Below, piece after piece: positions 53,323 through 62,656 of a DNA stretch of 64,000 nt. The notes below the pieces were generated by a model, which was not told the origin of the DNA, made no database searches, and was given only the letters and a program-made list of their open reading frames with translations. Position 1 is the stretch's first letter. Each line of letters begins with the position of its first letter. The DNA comes from a virus, in IMG/VR virus record IMGVR_UViG_3300045999_010503, positions 2,322 to 66,321 of that record. The stretch is one strand, 5' to 3'. The position numbers and the translations under genes were made by a program.

Positions 53323-54330
53323 ATGAGCCTGTCAAACAAAGTCCTCTGCATCAACCTCCGCACGAGCTGCCTCGGCACCTCGTTCGTCGATAGCACCCTT
53401 ACCGCCCACCTCGAACACGTCACCGGCGCCGACAAGAAGAAGGTCAAGGGCTCCAAGAAGATCCTCGGCGACGCCCTCAAGGAGATCCAGTCCGAGCTCC
53501 GCGGCGTGAAGACCTTCGCCAAGGAGAACAGCCTCCCCGGCATCAGCGACGACCTCCGCATCATCACCCCGAAGCTCCTCGACAAGGTCCGCGCCGAGGT
53601 GCTCGCCACCGAGGAGCGCATCCAGGCGCTCGTCGCCAAGTTCTCCGAGGTCGTCTCGTTCACCCCGGCCACCGTCACCGATCAGGTCGACGAGCGCGGC
53701 CAGCGCATCGTCACGCTCCACGAGCCGATGACGATGACGCTCTGGCAGTCGCTCCAGGAGCAGGACAAGATCGACCTCAAGGGCGCCTTCGACCCGCACG
53801 ACTACCCGCCGCTCGAAAACCTGCCGCAGTTCTTCAGCGTCCGCCTCACCACCTGCGACCTGCCGCAGGGCGACTTCTTCCGCGTCGAGGGTCTCACTGA
53901 CGAGGCCGTGGAGAAGCTCAAGGCCGACCACGCCAAGATGATCGAGTCGATCAGCAGCGCGGCCCGCAACGACGTCCACCGCAAGCTCGTGGAGATGGTC
54001 AACCGCGTCGCCGAGTCGCTCGCCAAGGAAGACATCAGCAAGCTCCACAACACCACCTTCACCAACCTGCTCGACTACCTCGACCAGGTGCCCGACCTCA
54101 ACATCACCAACGACCCGCACCTCGACGCGATGGTCCGCGAGGTCCGCGAGAAGCTCAATTTCACGATGGCGCAGGTCAAGGCGTCCGCCGTGCTCAAGGA
54201 GCAGGCCGCGGCTGCCGCCAAGGACATCCTCAACCGCTTCGGCAAGTCCGAGCGCAAGGTCATCGTCGATCTGTCCCCCGAACCCGTGGCCGCCGAGTCT
54301 TGCCCCGCGTCGGTCGAGTCGGCCGCCTGA
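53323..54330 (+). CDS. DUF3150-like helical protein
   Basis: GSKKIL, SLPG..LRII, FDPHDYP, LNITNDPHL; heads the AAA module. Confidence 0.7.
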   Translation: MSLSNKVLCINLRTSCLGTSFVDSTLTAHLEHVTGADKKKVKGSKKILGDALKEIQSELRGVKTFAKENSLPGISDDLRIITPKLLDKVRAEVLATEERIQALVAKFSEVVSFTPATVTDQVDERGQRIVTLHEPMTMTLWQSLQEQDKIDLKGAFDPHDYPPLENLPQFFSVRLTTCDLPQGDFFRVEGLTDEAVEKLKADHAKMIESISSAARNDVHRKLVEMVNRVAESLAKEDISKLHNTTFTNLLDYLDQVPDLNITNDPHLDAMVREVREKLNFTMAQVKASAVLKEQAAAAAKDILNRFGKSERKVIVDLSPEPVAAESCPASVESAA

Positions 54331-54354
54331 TAACAACTAACAACACTTCATTCT

Positions 54355-54828
54355 ATGAGTCATGTTGAGACAGCACGCGTTACTATAACCGACCTCGATG
54401 CCCTGAAAGCCGCCTGCGCCCGCCTCGGCGTCGAGTTCGTCGAGAACAAGAAAACCTACAACTGGTATGGGCGGCACATGGGCGACTACCCGCCGCCAGC
54501 CGGGTTCAACCCGTCTGACCTCGGCCACTGCGACCACGTCGTCCGCGTGCCGGGTGTCAACTACGAGATCGGCATCGTCAAAGCCCGCAACCCGGACGGC
54601 ACGCCCGCCAAGGGTTACACCTGCCTGTTCGACTTCTGGGGAACGGGTGGCAGCAGCCGCCACGACGGCCAAAAGCTGCTCAAGCAGTTCGGCCAGGGCC
54701 TCGTGAAGCTCGTCGACGCCTATTCCGTCGAGGCGCTCAAGGCGGTCGCCCGCAAGAAGGGCTACACGACCAGCGAGTCCAAACTACCGAACGGCAAAAC
54801 CAAGCTCCTCGTCACGGGGTTCGCGTAA
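54355..54828 (+). CDS. DUF1257 (Ycf35-like) protein
   Basis: MSHVETARVTITDLDALKAACARLG..YEIG..FDFW..AYSVE..KGY. Confidence 0.85.
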   Translation: MSHVETARVTITDLDALKAACARLGVEFVENKKTYNWYGRHMGDYPPPAGFNPSDLGHCDHVVRVPGVNYEIGIVKARNPDGTPAKGYTCLFDFWGTGGSSRHDGQKLLKQFGQGLVKLVDAYSVEALKAVARKKGYTTSESKLPNGKTKLLVTGFA

Positions 54829-54830
54829 CC

Positions 54831-55025
54831 ATGACCAACTTCACCGTAGTCGGGTTCTGGCCCGACACCGACGAACGCTTTGCGGACTCCGTCGACGCCG
54901 ACACGCCCGCAGAAGCCGAAGCGAAGATAGGCCGCAGCCACCCGGGGGTCGCCATCGTCGCGGTTCTCAGTGGGCACGTCGTCGTGGAAGACGCCGACGT
55001 GCTCGTAAATTACACCACACCATGA
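54831..55025 (+). CDS. Hypothetical protein
   Basis: Coupled small ORF. Confidence 0.65.
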   Translation: MTNFTVVGFWPDTDERFADSVDADTPAEAEAKIGRSHPGVAIVAVLSGHVVVEDADVLVNYTTP

Positions 55026-55231
55026 GCAATCTCAAAACCATCGAGTTCATCGTCGGCGACGGCGAAGTCGTCATCGAGGCCTCCGGCTTCAAGGGCGGCG
55101 CCTGCGAGGCCGCCAGCAAAGCCTTCGAGGACGCCCTCGGCGGCAACGTCACCGGCAAGAAACGCAAGGCCGAGTTCTATCAGGCCGCGCCCACCCAGAA
55201 ACTCACGACCGGAGGGAAATCAAATGGATGA
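55022..55231 (+). CDS. DUF2997 protein
   Basis: GEVVIEASGFKGGACEAASKAFEDALG..KAEFY. Confidence 0.88.
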   Translation: MSNLKTIEFIVGDGEVVIEASGFKGGACEAASKAFEDALGGNVTGKKRKAEFYQAAPTQKLTTGGKSNG

Positions 55232-55550
55232 CCACGAAAAGACCCTCGCCGAAATGCTCGGCCGCGCCTCAACCGACATCATCAAGGCCGAGGTCCAACG
55301 GACGGCCTTCCTGGCCCAGCAGATGGCTGAAATGGGCCTCGGCACTACCCTCGCCGCACAGTTTGGCCGCCCACCAGACGCCCCGGACACCGCAGCGACC
55401 ACCGTGGTCATCCTCCTCAGCGGCCGCTTCCCGCAGGATCTTGTCGACGGGCTTATCAAGCACGTGAACGGCCTCATCCAAGACTTCCGGGCCGGCAACA
55501 AGGCGCACTTCGTCGACCTGAGACCCAAGAAGCATGAAACCCCCGAGTGA
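55224..55550 (+). CDS. Hypothetical protein
   Basis: Overlapping ORF within the module. Confidence 0.6.
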   Translation: MDDHEKTLAEMLGRASTDIIKAEVQRTAFLAQQMAEMGLGTTLAAQFGRPPDAPDTAATTVVILLSGRFPQDLVDGLIKHVNGLIQDFRAGNKAHFVDLRPKKHETPE

Positions 55551-55794
55551 GGTCACCCTGATCGTCGGCGACGGCGAGATCACCGCCCTCGCCGGCGGCC
55601 CGATCAGCCTCGCCGACATGGGCGAGCGCAAGACGAAGCGCGTCTCCACGCTCGAGTTCAGCTCCATCGACAACCAGTGGCACGTCTTCGACGCCGCGAC
55701 CGGCGCCGACCTGTATTCGCACCACGACTACGACGTCGCCCTCGCGTGGGAGATCGCCCACTTCAACCGCGTCCTCGAAACCGTCGAGACGTGA
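55534..55794 (+). CDS. Small module protein with a DUF2997-like N-terminal hairpin
   Basis: TLIVGDGEI, RVSTLEF..QW..ALAWE. Confidence 0.7.
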   Translation: MKPPSEVTLIVGDGEITALAGGPISLADMGERKTKRVSTLEFSSIDNQWHVFDAATGADLYSHHDYDVALAWEIAHFNRVLETVET

Positions 55795-55803
55795 CCCATC
55801 TTC

Positions 55804-55889
55804 GGAGTGCGTTCCGGCCCGCGTGAGCGGGTAGCCGGCGAGGGGCGACGGCCCCTGCCCAGGCGACGGCCTGGCGCGAATCTCCACCA
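55804..55889 (+). ncRNA. Unknown multi-stem RNA ending ACCA
   Basis: GGAG/CTCC-ACCA; two C(GACG)G hairpins and a GTGA hairpin. Confidence 0.55.
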
Positions 55890-55894
55890 ATTTC

Positions 55895-55971
55895 CGCACC
55901 GTCTGGCCGAAGGTAGGCTGATCCGTCTGCAAAACGGGGAACAGAGGGTTCGATTCCCTCCGGTGCGTCCA
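55895..55971 (+). tRNA. tRNA-Cys(GCA) with an unusual D arm
   Basis: CGCACCG/CGGTGCG, TCCGT-CTGCAAA-ACGGG, GAGGG-TTCGATT-CCCTC, U discriminator, CCA. Confidence 0.85.
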
Positions 55972-55975
55972 CTTT

Positions 55976-56421
55976 CCGGCAGCCCACGGGCTCCGGCAAT
56001 AATACCAGCAGCCCTGCGTTGGGTCAAAGTCACCGAAGGTCTTCGGGCCACCGGGGTATCTCACTGTCCCGCCTCGTCCGCGGCGAGAGTCACACGCAGG
56101 CCTCGGGCAGGCTGGGTAAGGCGATGGAACCGAACTCGCCACCTCCAATTTCCGCCGCGCGTCGGCCAAAACCGGGTCTGTGGTTATTCCCGGCCCGGCG
56201 CGCGGCGGTTTCCACCTTTCCCTGCCAGGACGAGACTCAAATCCGCCGCATGCAGCGATATGTTGAAAGCCCCGCCTGCGTGGACCCACCGGCCAGATCA
56301 CCGGCCACCCGTGGGGCGATAACTGGCAGGGAAACCCCAATCTCCCACCCCGGCGCAGGCGCAGTAGGGACGTCGTATCCATTCGACCACGACGTCCGCG
56401 ATCCGCGTGCCCGGCGGTGGG
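55976..56421 (+). ncRNA. Array of further stem-closed structured RNAs
   Basis: Closing stems at 56003/56118, 56152/56208 (14 bp), 56217/56334 (12 bp perfect) and 56344/56421. Confidence 0.5.
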
Positions 56422-56436
56422 CTCCTCTGTTCACCT

Positions 56437-56679
56437 ATGGACGAAGAAACCTACTCCCTCTGCGAAGCCGTCGCCGATCTGGCGCTCTGGGCCGGGCACG
56501 ACCTGGCGAAGGGGCTCTGGGAGCGCCCGCCCGACAGCCGAGAGCTCGTGCGCCTGCTCCTCGAGTGGGCGGAAGAGTTCGAGCGCGACAACGCCGGCCG
56601 TGAATGGGACGGCGAATACCTGGAAGCCATCGACAGCTTCTACCGGCAGAAAATCAAAGAACTCTCTCAAACCACATGA
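56437..56679 (+). CDS. Small acidic protein
   Basis: Coupled to the AAA gene. Confidence 0.7.
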   Translation: MDEETYSLCEAVADLALWAGHDLAKGLWERPPDSRELVRLLLEWAEEFERDNAGREWDGEYLEAIDSFYRQKIKELSQTT

Positions 56680-58232
56680 CCGAACGCATCACCAACTACC
56701 TCCGGGCCGGCTATTCCGGCCTCTACGTCGTCAGCCACGAGGAGGCCCGCGCCGAGGCGGCCGTTGCCGACTCGATTGAGCGTCTCAACAGCAAACTCCC
56801 CAAGAACGACCCCAAGGTTCCGACCTTCAAGCTCTTCGCATGGTCCCTCACGCAGGGCACCGTGGACGCCCGCACCGGCGACGCCGTCGGCAAGGACCAC
56901 GGCGTCGAGGAAGTGCTCGTCTGGTTCCAAGAACAGCCCGAGAGCAGCGTCCTCCTGCTCCGCGACTACCACCTGTTCGTCGAGGACAAGAACCCGGTCG
57001 TCTGGCGCCGTCTCCACGACGTCCTCCGCTCCGGCAAGGCCGCCAACAAGGCCGTCGTCATCCTCGCCTGCCGCCTCGCCATCCCGCCCGAGCTCGAAAA
57101 GGAGATCACGGTGCTGGATTTCTCGCTCCCGACCCGCGAGCAGCTCCGCGACACCCTCGCCGATCTCGTCGAGGGCAACAAAATCAAGCCCGAGAAAGTC
57201 GAGGACGCCGGATTGCTCGCCGCCGCTGCCGCCGGCCTCACCGCGGCCGAGGCGGAGCAGGCTTTCGCGCTCTCCCTCGTCGAAACCGGGCGCATCACCC
57301 GCGAAATCGTCTTCCGCGAGAAGTGCCAGGCCGTCCGCAAGAACGGCATGCTCGAAATCGTCGAGGGCAAGGTGACCCTCGACGACATCGGCGGCCTCGA
57401 GAACCTGAAAAAGTGGCTCCTGGAGCGCCGTGACGCCTTCAGCGACGAGGCGCGGGCCTACAACCTCCCGGTTCCCCGCGGCTGCCTCGCCGTGGGCCAG
57501 CCCGGCACCGGCAAATCGCTCACCGCCAAGGCGACCGCGAGCGTATTCGGCGTTCCACTACTGCGCCTCGACGCCGCCAAGCTCTTCGGGTCGCTTGTCG
57601 GCCAGTCCGAGGCCAACTGGCGCGCCGTCCACGCCACCGCGAAGGCGATGGCGCCCTGCATCCTCTGGATCGACGAGGTCGACGGCGCGATGTCGGGCTC
57701 CGGCAGCAGCGGCCAGACCGACGGCGGCACCACCGCCCGCGTCGTCAAGTCCATCCTCCAGGACATGCAGGACAACAGCGAGGGCATCTTCTACATGCTC
57801 ACTGCGAACGACGTGGACGCGTTGCCCTCGCCCCTCCTGCGCCGCATGGACGAGGTCTGGAACGTCGAGCTCCCCACCGCCGCCGAGCGCGAGATAATCT
57901 GGGGCATCCAGCTCCGGCGCGTGAAGCGCGACCCCGCGACGTTCGACCTCACCAAGCTCGCGACGGACAGCGTCGACTACTCCGGCGCCGAGATCGAGAA
58001 GGCCGTGGCCCAGGCGCTCTACCGTGCGTTCCCCGAACGCCGCGAGCCGACGATGGAAGACTTCGCAGCCATCACCAAGGAGTTCATGCCCCTCGCCAAG
58101 ACGATGAGCGCCGACATCGAACGCCGCCGCAAGCGTCTGGAGGGCGTCGCGAAGTTGGCCGGCGGCACGGTCAAGGTCGTGCAAGCGAAGCCGGCGCGGA
58201 AAATCCTGAGCGTGGGAGGGAAGGCCGCATGA
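56676..58232 (+). CDS. Ycf46-like AAA+ ATPase (degenerate N-AAA, active C-AAA)
   Basis: SHEEAR, IPPELEKE, DIGGLENLKKWL, GQPGTGKS, LWIDEVD, TAN, LLRR. Confidence 0.92.
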   Translation: MTERITNYLRAGYSGLYVVSHEEARAEAAVADSIERLNSKLPKNDPKVPTFKLFAWSLTQGTVDARTGDAVGKDHGVEEVLVWFQEQPESSVLLLRDYHLFVEDKNPVVWRRLHDVLRSGKAANKAVVILACRLAIPPELEKEITVLDFSLPTREQLRDTLADLVEGNKIKPEKVEDAGLLAAAAAGLTAAEAEQAFALSLVETGRITREIVFREKCQAVRKNGMLEIVEGKVTLDDIGGLENLKKWLLERRDAFSDEARAYNLPVPRGCLAVGQPGTGKSLTAKATASVFGVPLLRLDAAKLFGSLVGQSEANWRAVHATAKAMAPCILWIDEVDGAMSGSGSSGQTDGGTTARVVKSILQDMQDNSEGIFYMLTANDVDALPSPLLRRMDEVWNVELPTAAEREIIWGIQLRRVKRDPATFDLTKLATDSVDYSGAEIEKAVAQALYRAFPERREPTMEDFAAITKEFMPLAKTMSADIERRRKRLEGVAKLAGGTVKVVQAKPARKILSVGGKAA

Positions 58233-58519
58233 GGGCGCACACTCCGCTGCCGTGGGAAGTCGTAGTTCGCTGTGACCGATACTACGACATCCTCGCAAGC
58301 GAGGGAGGGCCATCGTTCCCCGTCGCCAACCTGTCCGCCTGCTCGGAGCCCTCCGAGCGCAAGGCAAACGCCGCCCTCATCTGCAAGGCCGTCAACCACC
58401 ACGACGAACTCGTGGCGGCGCTGCGGGACGCGGTGCGCCTCATGCCACTCGGCGCCAAGGTCCGCGCAGAGTGGCTGGGCCGGGCCTCCGACGCCCTCAA
58501 GAAAATCGACACGCCATGA
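58229..58519 (+). CDS. Hypothetical phage protein (HTPxPW...ANAxLI family)
   Basis: HTPLPW, ANAALICKAVN. Confidence 0.75.
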   Translation: MRAHTPLPWEVVVRCDRYYDILASEGGPSFPVANLSACSEPSERKANAALICKAVNHHDELVAALRDAVRLMPLGAKVRAEWLGRASDALKKIDTP

Positions 58520-58788
58520 GCGCCGCCCCGATCCGCGTCATCGTCCGCAGCGAACGTCGAAAAGACCCCGCGCCCAGCGTCGTGATCGCCACCCGCTGGT
58601 CCGACGCCGCGCCGCTCACCGTCTGGGACCCCGACTGCGGCCACGGTGGCGCGTCGCTCGCGTGGTATCGCCGCACCCGGCCCGCCACCCGGCGCGAGGC
58701 GGCCCCGCTCCTGGCGAAGCTGCGCCGTCAATACGCTCCCGAGTTCAAACTCGTCGTCGGAAAACGGCTCAACCTGAAGAAACTATGA
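58516..58788 (+). CDS. Hypothetical protein
   Basis: GHGGASLAWYRRTRPAT. Confidence 0.7.
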   Translation: MSAAPIRVIVRSERRKDPAPSVVIATRWSDAAPLTVWDPDCGHGGASLAWYRRTRPATRREAAPLLAKLRRQYAPEFKLVVGKRLNLKKL

Positions 58789-59183
58789 AACCCTTCAACA
58801 ACACCCGCGCCGCCCGCGAGGGCTGGGGCCTCTTCAACCGCGACGTGCTCGGACGCGCGGAGATCCAGCGCGTCGACGGGGACGCCAAGTTCGTGTCCGA
58901 CGCCGCTGCGGTCGCCTACGTGCGCCGCCAGGCCGAGGCCGGTTCCGCCTACCACCAGCGCGCCCTCGACACCCACCTCGCCAACCTGCCTGCGAAGTCG
59001 ATGCGCGAGGTGCGGAAGCGCATCGCCCGGCTCTCCGACAAGCAGAAGAGCGACCTCATCGAAGACGTCGTCCGCGTGCTCTACTGCAACGACGAGGAGT
59101 TCGACCCGGAGGTCGAATGGACGTCCGAGACGGTCGAGTGGGTCGCGGCCTCCGTGAACGACTACCTCAAAGTAAAAGTATGA
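58785..59183 (+). CDS. Hypothetical protein
   Basis: EGWGLF..EIQRVD..FVSDAAA. Confidence 0.7.
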   Translation: MKPFNNTRAAREGWGLFNRDVLGRAEIQRVDGDAKFVSDAAAVAYVRRQAEAGSAYHQRALDTHLANLPAKSMREVRKRIARLSDKQKSDLIEDVVRVLYCNDEEFDPEVEWTSETVEWVAASVNDYLKVKV

Positions 59184-59315
59184 GCAACCCCTCTCCCACC
59201 ATGAGCAACACCACCAAAATCGACCTCACCGACCTGCCCGAGGTGGAGCTCGACGAGACGGAGCCGCGCCCGGGTGGTGCCGCGGGGCACGCAAACCCCG
59301 GCTCGAGCTAAAGAT

Positions 59316-59624
59316 ATGAGACTCGTCCAATTCCCGCCGCTCTGCCCGTTCGGTAGCGAAGATGACGCGGCGCTGATCGAGTCGCCCGGCAGCCGATACT
59401 ACATCATGCCGATCGCGGAGAAAGACATCTTCGTCCGCATCTGCATTCACGAGGGCGGCGAAGTCGCCTACAACATCGCCGAGCAGGTCGAAATCTCGGA
59501 CCTCATGCACGACGCCGTCGCAGGTCTGGAGGACGTTTTCAGGGTCGACAAGACGAGTCGCGAACGGCTCCGCAAGTGGGGCTTCTGCTCGCTGCTGGGT
59601 CGAATAATCTATAACAACACCTAA
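59316..59624 (+). CDS. Hypothetical protein
   Basis: ORF upstream of the ligase. Confidence 0.6.
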   Translation: MRLVQFPPLCPFGSEDDAALIESPGSRYYIMPIAEKDIFVRICIHEGGEVAYNIAEQVEISDLMHDAVAGLEDVFRVDKTSRERLRKWGFCSLLGRIIYNNT

Positions 59625-59629
59625 CAACC

Positions 59630-60628
59630 ATGCCCTTCAAACCTATGCTCGCCGCGCCGTGCGATGACCTCGGCGCCCTCCGCTACCCGCTCCTCGCCAC
59701 ACCCAAGATCGACGGCATCCGCTGCCTGATAATCGACGGTGTCGCGATGTCGCGCTCCCTGAAGCCGATCCCGAACCGCTTCATCCAGTCGGTCATCGGC
59801 AAGCCCGAGTTCAACGGCCTCGACGGTGAGCTCCTCGTCGGCACCACGTTCCAAGACGCGACGTCCGGCATCATGTCGGAGGACGGGCAGCCGGACTTTC
59901 GCTACTACGTGTTCGACATGTGGCGCAACGCGGACCGGCCCGGCGAATACAAGCATCGCGTCGCCTCCTTTATGACGCAGCTCGGGAATCTTGGCGACAC
60001 GCCGGCCACTCGCCGGATTGTCCCGCTGCTCCCGAAGCACCTCAACACCCGCGCCGAGCTCGACACCTACTGTGCCGAAATGCTCGCCGAGGGCCACGAG
60101 GGCATCATGGTCCGCAGCCCTGACGGCCCCTACAAGCACGGCCGCGCCACGTTCAAGGAGGGCTACCTGACGAAGATCAAGCCCTTCGAGGACGCCGAGG
60201 CTACGGTCGTCGGCTTCGAGGAGCGGATGCACAACGCCAACGAGGCGAAGACCAACGCGCTCGGCCGCACCGAGCGGTCGTCCCACAAGGAGAACCTTGT
60301 GCCGATGGGCACGCTCGGGGCGCTGGTCGTGAAGAACGAGAAGCTCTGGCCGGGGAAGACGTTCAATATCGGCACCGGGTTCACGGACGCGCAGCGGGCG
60401 GAGCTGTGGGCGCAAGCCGGCCACCCGCAACCGCGCGCATCGGGCAGACCCCCGATGGCGACTCTCGACGACGGCAGCCGCATCCGTCCCGGCCACCCTC
60501 CGGCACCGCCCCCCGGTCCTCCCCTGATCGGCCGCACCGTAAAGTTCAAATACCAAGCCATCGGCACGAAGGACGTCCCCAGGATTCCCGTGTTCCTGGG
60601 CTTCCGCGACGCGAGGGACATGTCGTGA
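59630..60628 (+). CDS. ATP-dependent DNA ligase
   Basis: KIDGIR, LDGEL, YVFD, EGIMVR, KIK, IGTGF, PRIPVF. Confidence 0.93.
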   Translation: MPFKPMLAAPCDDLGALRYPLLATPKIDGIRCLIIDGVAMSRSLKPIPNRFIQSVIGKPEFNGLDGELLVGTTFQDATSGIMSEDGQPDFRYYVFDMWRNADRPGEYKHRVASFMTQLGNLGDTPATRRIVPLLPKHLNTRAELDTYCAEMLAEGHEGIMVRSPDGPYKHGRATFKEGYLTKIKPFEDAEATVVGFEERMHNANEAKTNALGRTERSSHKENLVPMGTLGALVVKNEKLWPGKTFNIGTGFTDAQRAELWAQAGHPQPRASGRPPMATLDDGSRIRPGHPPAPPPGPPLIGRTVKFKYQAIGTKDVPRIPVFLGFRDARDMS

Positions 60629-60843
60629 GCCTGGAGAGCCGTCTCCGTCGCCGCTACGGGCGTCAGCGGCAGCGACTCGCGAAGCTGGAGAAGGAGTTCG
60701 ACGCCTTCGTCCGCTCCAACATGGACGACCCGGAAGCCCGTGCGGCCTATGCCGCAGAGGCCAACCGCAAATACTTCAAGCTGACCGAGCAGATGGCCAG
60801 CACCCGCGAGCAGTATGCCCGCGCCAAGAACGGACCGCCGTGA
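60625..60843 (+). CDS. Hypothetical coiled-coil protein
   Basis: GTGA-coupled ORF. Confidence 0.6.
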   Translation: MSLESRLRRRYGRQRQRLAKLEKEFDAFVRSNMDDPEARAAYAAEANRKYFKLTEQMASTREQYARAKNGPP

Positions 60844-60964
60844 AACCACAATACGAACGCACCTCCTGGGGCTGGCTCGCCTACGTCTGCCACGCCCGGT
60901 ATCTCTACACCGGACGCGGCGGCACGAAGCGCGAGGCCCGGAGCGCGCTCAAAGCACGACTCGC

Positions 60965-61318
60965 ATGAAAACACTACGCATCTGGGTTCCCGGCTACAAC
61001 CCCTGGGTCATGGGCGGCCACGTCCACTACACGCTCGCCACCGACGTCGAGTGCGACGGCCCGTTCGAGGTCGGGAAGGGCCTCTGCGCCTACACGGCCA
61101 AGGCCCCGAACGGCACCGAGTTCGTGGTCGACAGCGTCAGCCTCGGCGTCGTCGGCGACTCCCTCGAAGCCGTCCGTAAGGACGTCGAGGAGGGCGCGCT
61201 CGACGTCATGCACCGGCAGCAGCGCGACGCCCTGGCTCGCTACGAACGGGACCGCGACCGGGGCGCGGTCGAAGTCCGGGAGCCCGGCTACTTCTGGGCG
61301 AAACTCAACGCGATCTGA
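60965..61318 (+). CDS. Hypothetical protein
   Basis: Start MKTLRIWV. Confidence 0.7.
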   Translation: MKTLRIWVPGYNPWVMGGHVHYTLATDVECDGPFEVGKGLCAYTAKAPNGTEFVVDSVSLGVVGDSLEAVRKDVEEGALDVMHRQQRDALARYERDRDRGAVEVREPGYFWAKLNAI

Positions 61319-61319
61319 A

Positions 61320-61541
61320 ATGACCACCTCCGAACAGATTGCCGCCATCGGCACCGTCGACCGCCCCAAGCATCGCTGGCGAGCCGAGAGCGACGGCGAC
61401 CCGCACCGGAAAGTTTTCTACGTCATCGACTCCTTCACCCTCAACCGCCGCGACTGCGCCTCCATGAAGGACGCGCGGGGGCTGGCGAAGGAACTTAACG
61501 CACAATGCCAAACGTCCTCTACGACTCTCGCCATCCGCTGA
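61320..61541 (+). CDS. Hypothetical protein
   Basis: Adjacent ORF. Confidence 0.6.
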   Translation: MTTSEQIAAIGTVDRPKHRWRAESDGDPHRKVFYVIDSFTLNRRDCASMKDARGLAKELNAQCQTSSTTLAIR

Positions 61542-61837
61542 CGACCTGCGAGTTCGCGAACCTCCACCGCCAGATCGGCGTCCTCGTCCACGCCCCGTTC
61601 CACCACGCCGGCCTGAACCGAGAGATGGTCGACGTCTCCTACGAGATCCCGACCCACAACACCCGCACCTTCGGCCGCTGCTGCGCCCTGGCCGAGTGGC
61701 CGGAGAAGGCGAAGGAGAACACGGCCCGCATCATCGCGGAGATCGACCGGCAGATCGCGGAGCTGACCGCGCATCGCGAGCGCCTGGCGGCCGAGCTGAC
61801 GAAGCCGATCGGGGCCTCCAAACACTGCACGATATGA
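61505..61837 (+). CDS. Hypothetical protein
   Basis: C-terminal coiled coil. Confidence 0.65.
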   Translation: MPNVLYDSRHPLTTCEFANLHRQIGVLVHAPFHHAGLNREMVDVSYEIPTHNTRTFGRCCALAEWPEKAKENTARIIAEIDRQIAELTAHRERLAAELTKPIGASKHCTI

Positions 61838-62172
61838 GCATCTTCTCCCAAGCCCGCGCCGGACTCGCCCAGGGCCTCGCCAAGGCCAAACTCGCCGAGT
61901 TCCTGAAGCCGTATGGCGTCTCCGTCTCCGAGCTCTCGTTCGAGAGCGGCGGGCGCTTCTCCGTCGTGCTGGAGGGCGTTCTGCCGGACGACGAGGAGGA
62001 CGTCGGTCTGTCGGGCCGCATCGCTTTCGAGGGCGACAGAGCGATCCTCACCTACCTCGGCCCAGACCGGCGCTGGGAGTCCCTGACCCGCGCCATCTCA
62101 AAGCACCTCGTCAACACGCCCCTTCCCCTGTCTCCCGATCAAGTGAACCAACTCCGCAAACTCTGGCCCTGA
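61834..62172 (+). CDS. Hypothetical protein
   Basis: Coupled ORF MSIFSQAR. Confidence 0.7.
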   Translation: MSIFSQARAGLAQGLAKAKLAEFLKPYGVSVSELSFESGGRFSVVLEGVLPDDEEDVGLSGRIAFEGDRAILTYLGPDRRWESLTRAISKHLVNTPLPLSPDQVNQLRKLWP

Positions 62173-62173
62173 T

Positions 62174-62656
62174 ATGCCCCTCCCCACCGACATAGTCCAA
62201 GCCAAGCGCACCTTCCGTCAATGCGCCAAGGATTCAGTCGGCACGGTGTTTCACCAGCAGCCCTACGCTTTGGCGGAGGGCACCGCGGTCTTCACGATCA
62301 AGCGCGCAGCCGAAGCTCTTGAGGGTGAGATCATGTTCCCGAGCCGGGCGGCACTCAATGCAGCTACCAAGCGAGGCCCCGTATTTCATGGCACCTTCCA
62401 GTCTAGCGTCGCGGAGGCGGACAGGCGCTATTCGATCCATTGGTTTTACGACCAGTTCGGCGACTGCCCGTTCAGCGCGCTCAAGACGGGCAACTACCGT
62501 GACCTCGACGCGACAGAGTGGGGGACGCAAGAGGTCCTGGACGACTGCATCGACGAGGTGCGGCGCGTCCTGGGCATCGACATCCCCGTCGTCGTGAGCG
62601 CGAAAGCGGCGGCCCCGGTCAAGTTCGGCCGCGCCGTCAGAAAGCTGATCCTGTGA
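62174..62656 (+). CDS. Hypothetical protein ending FGRAVRKLIL
   Basis: Carries the shared C-terminal tag. Confidence 0.7.
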   Translation: MPLPTDIVQAKRTFRQCAKDSVGTVFHQQPYALAEGTAVFTIKRAAEALEGEIMFPSRAALNAATKRGPVFHGTFQSSVAEADRRYSIHWFYDQFGDCPFSALKTGNYRDLDATEWGTQEVLDDCIDEVRRVLGIDIPVVVSAKAAAPVKFGRAVRKLIL

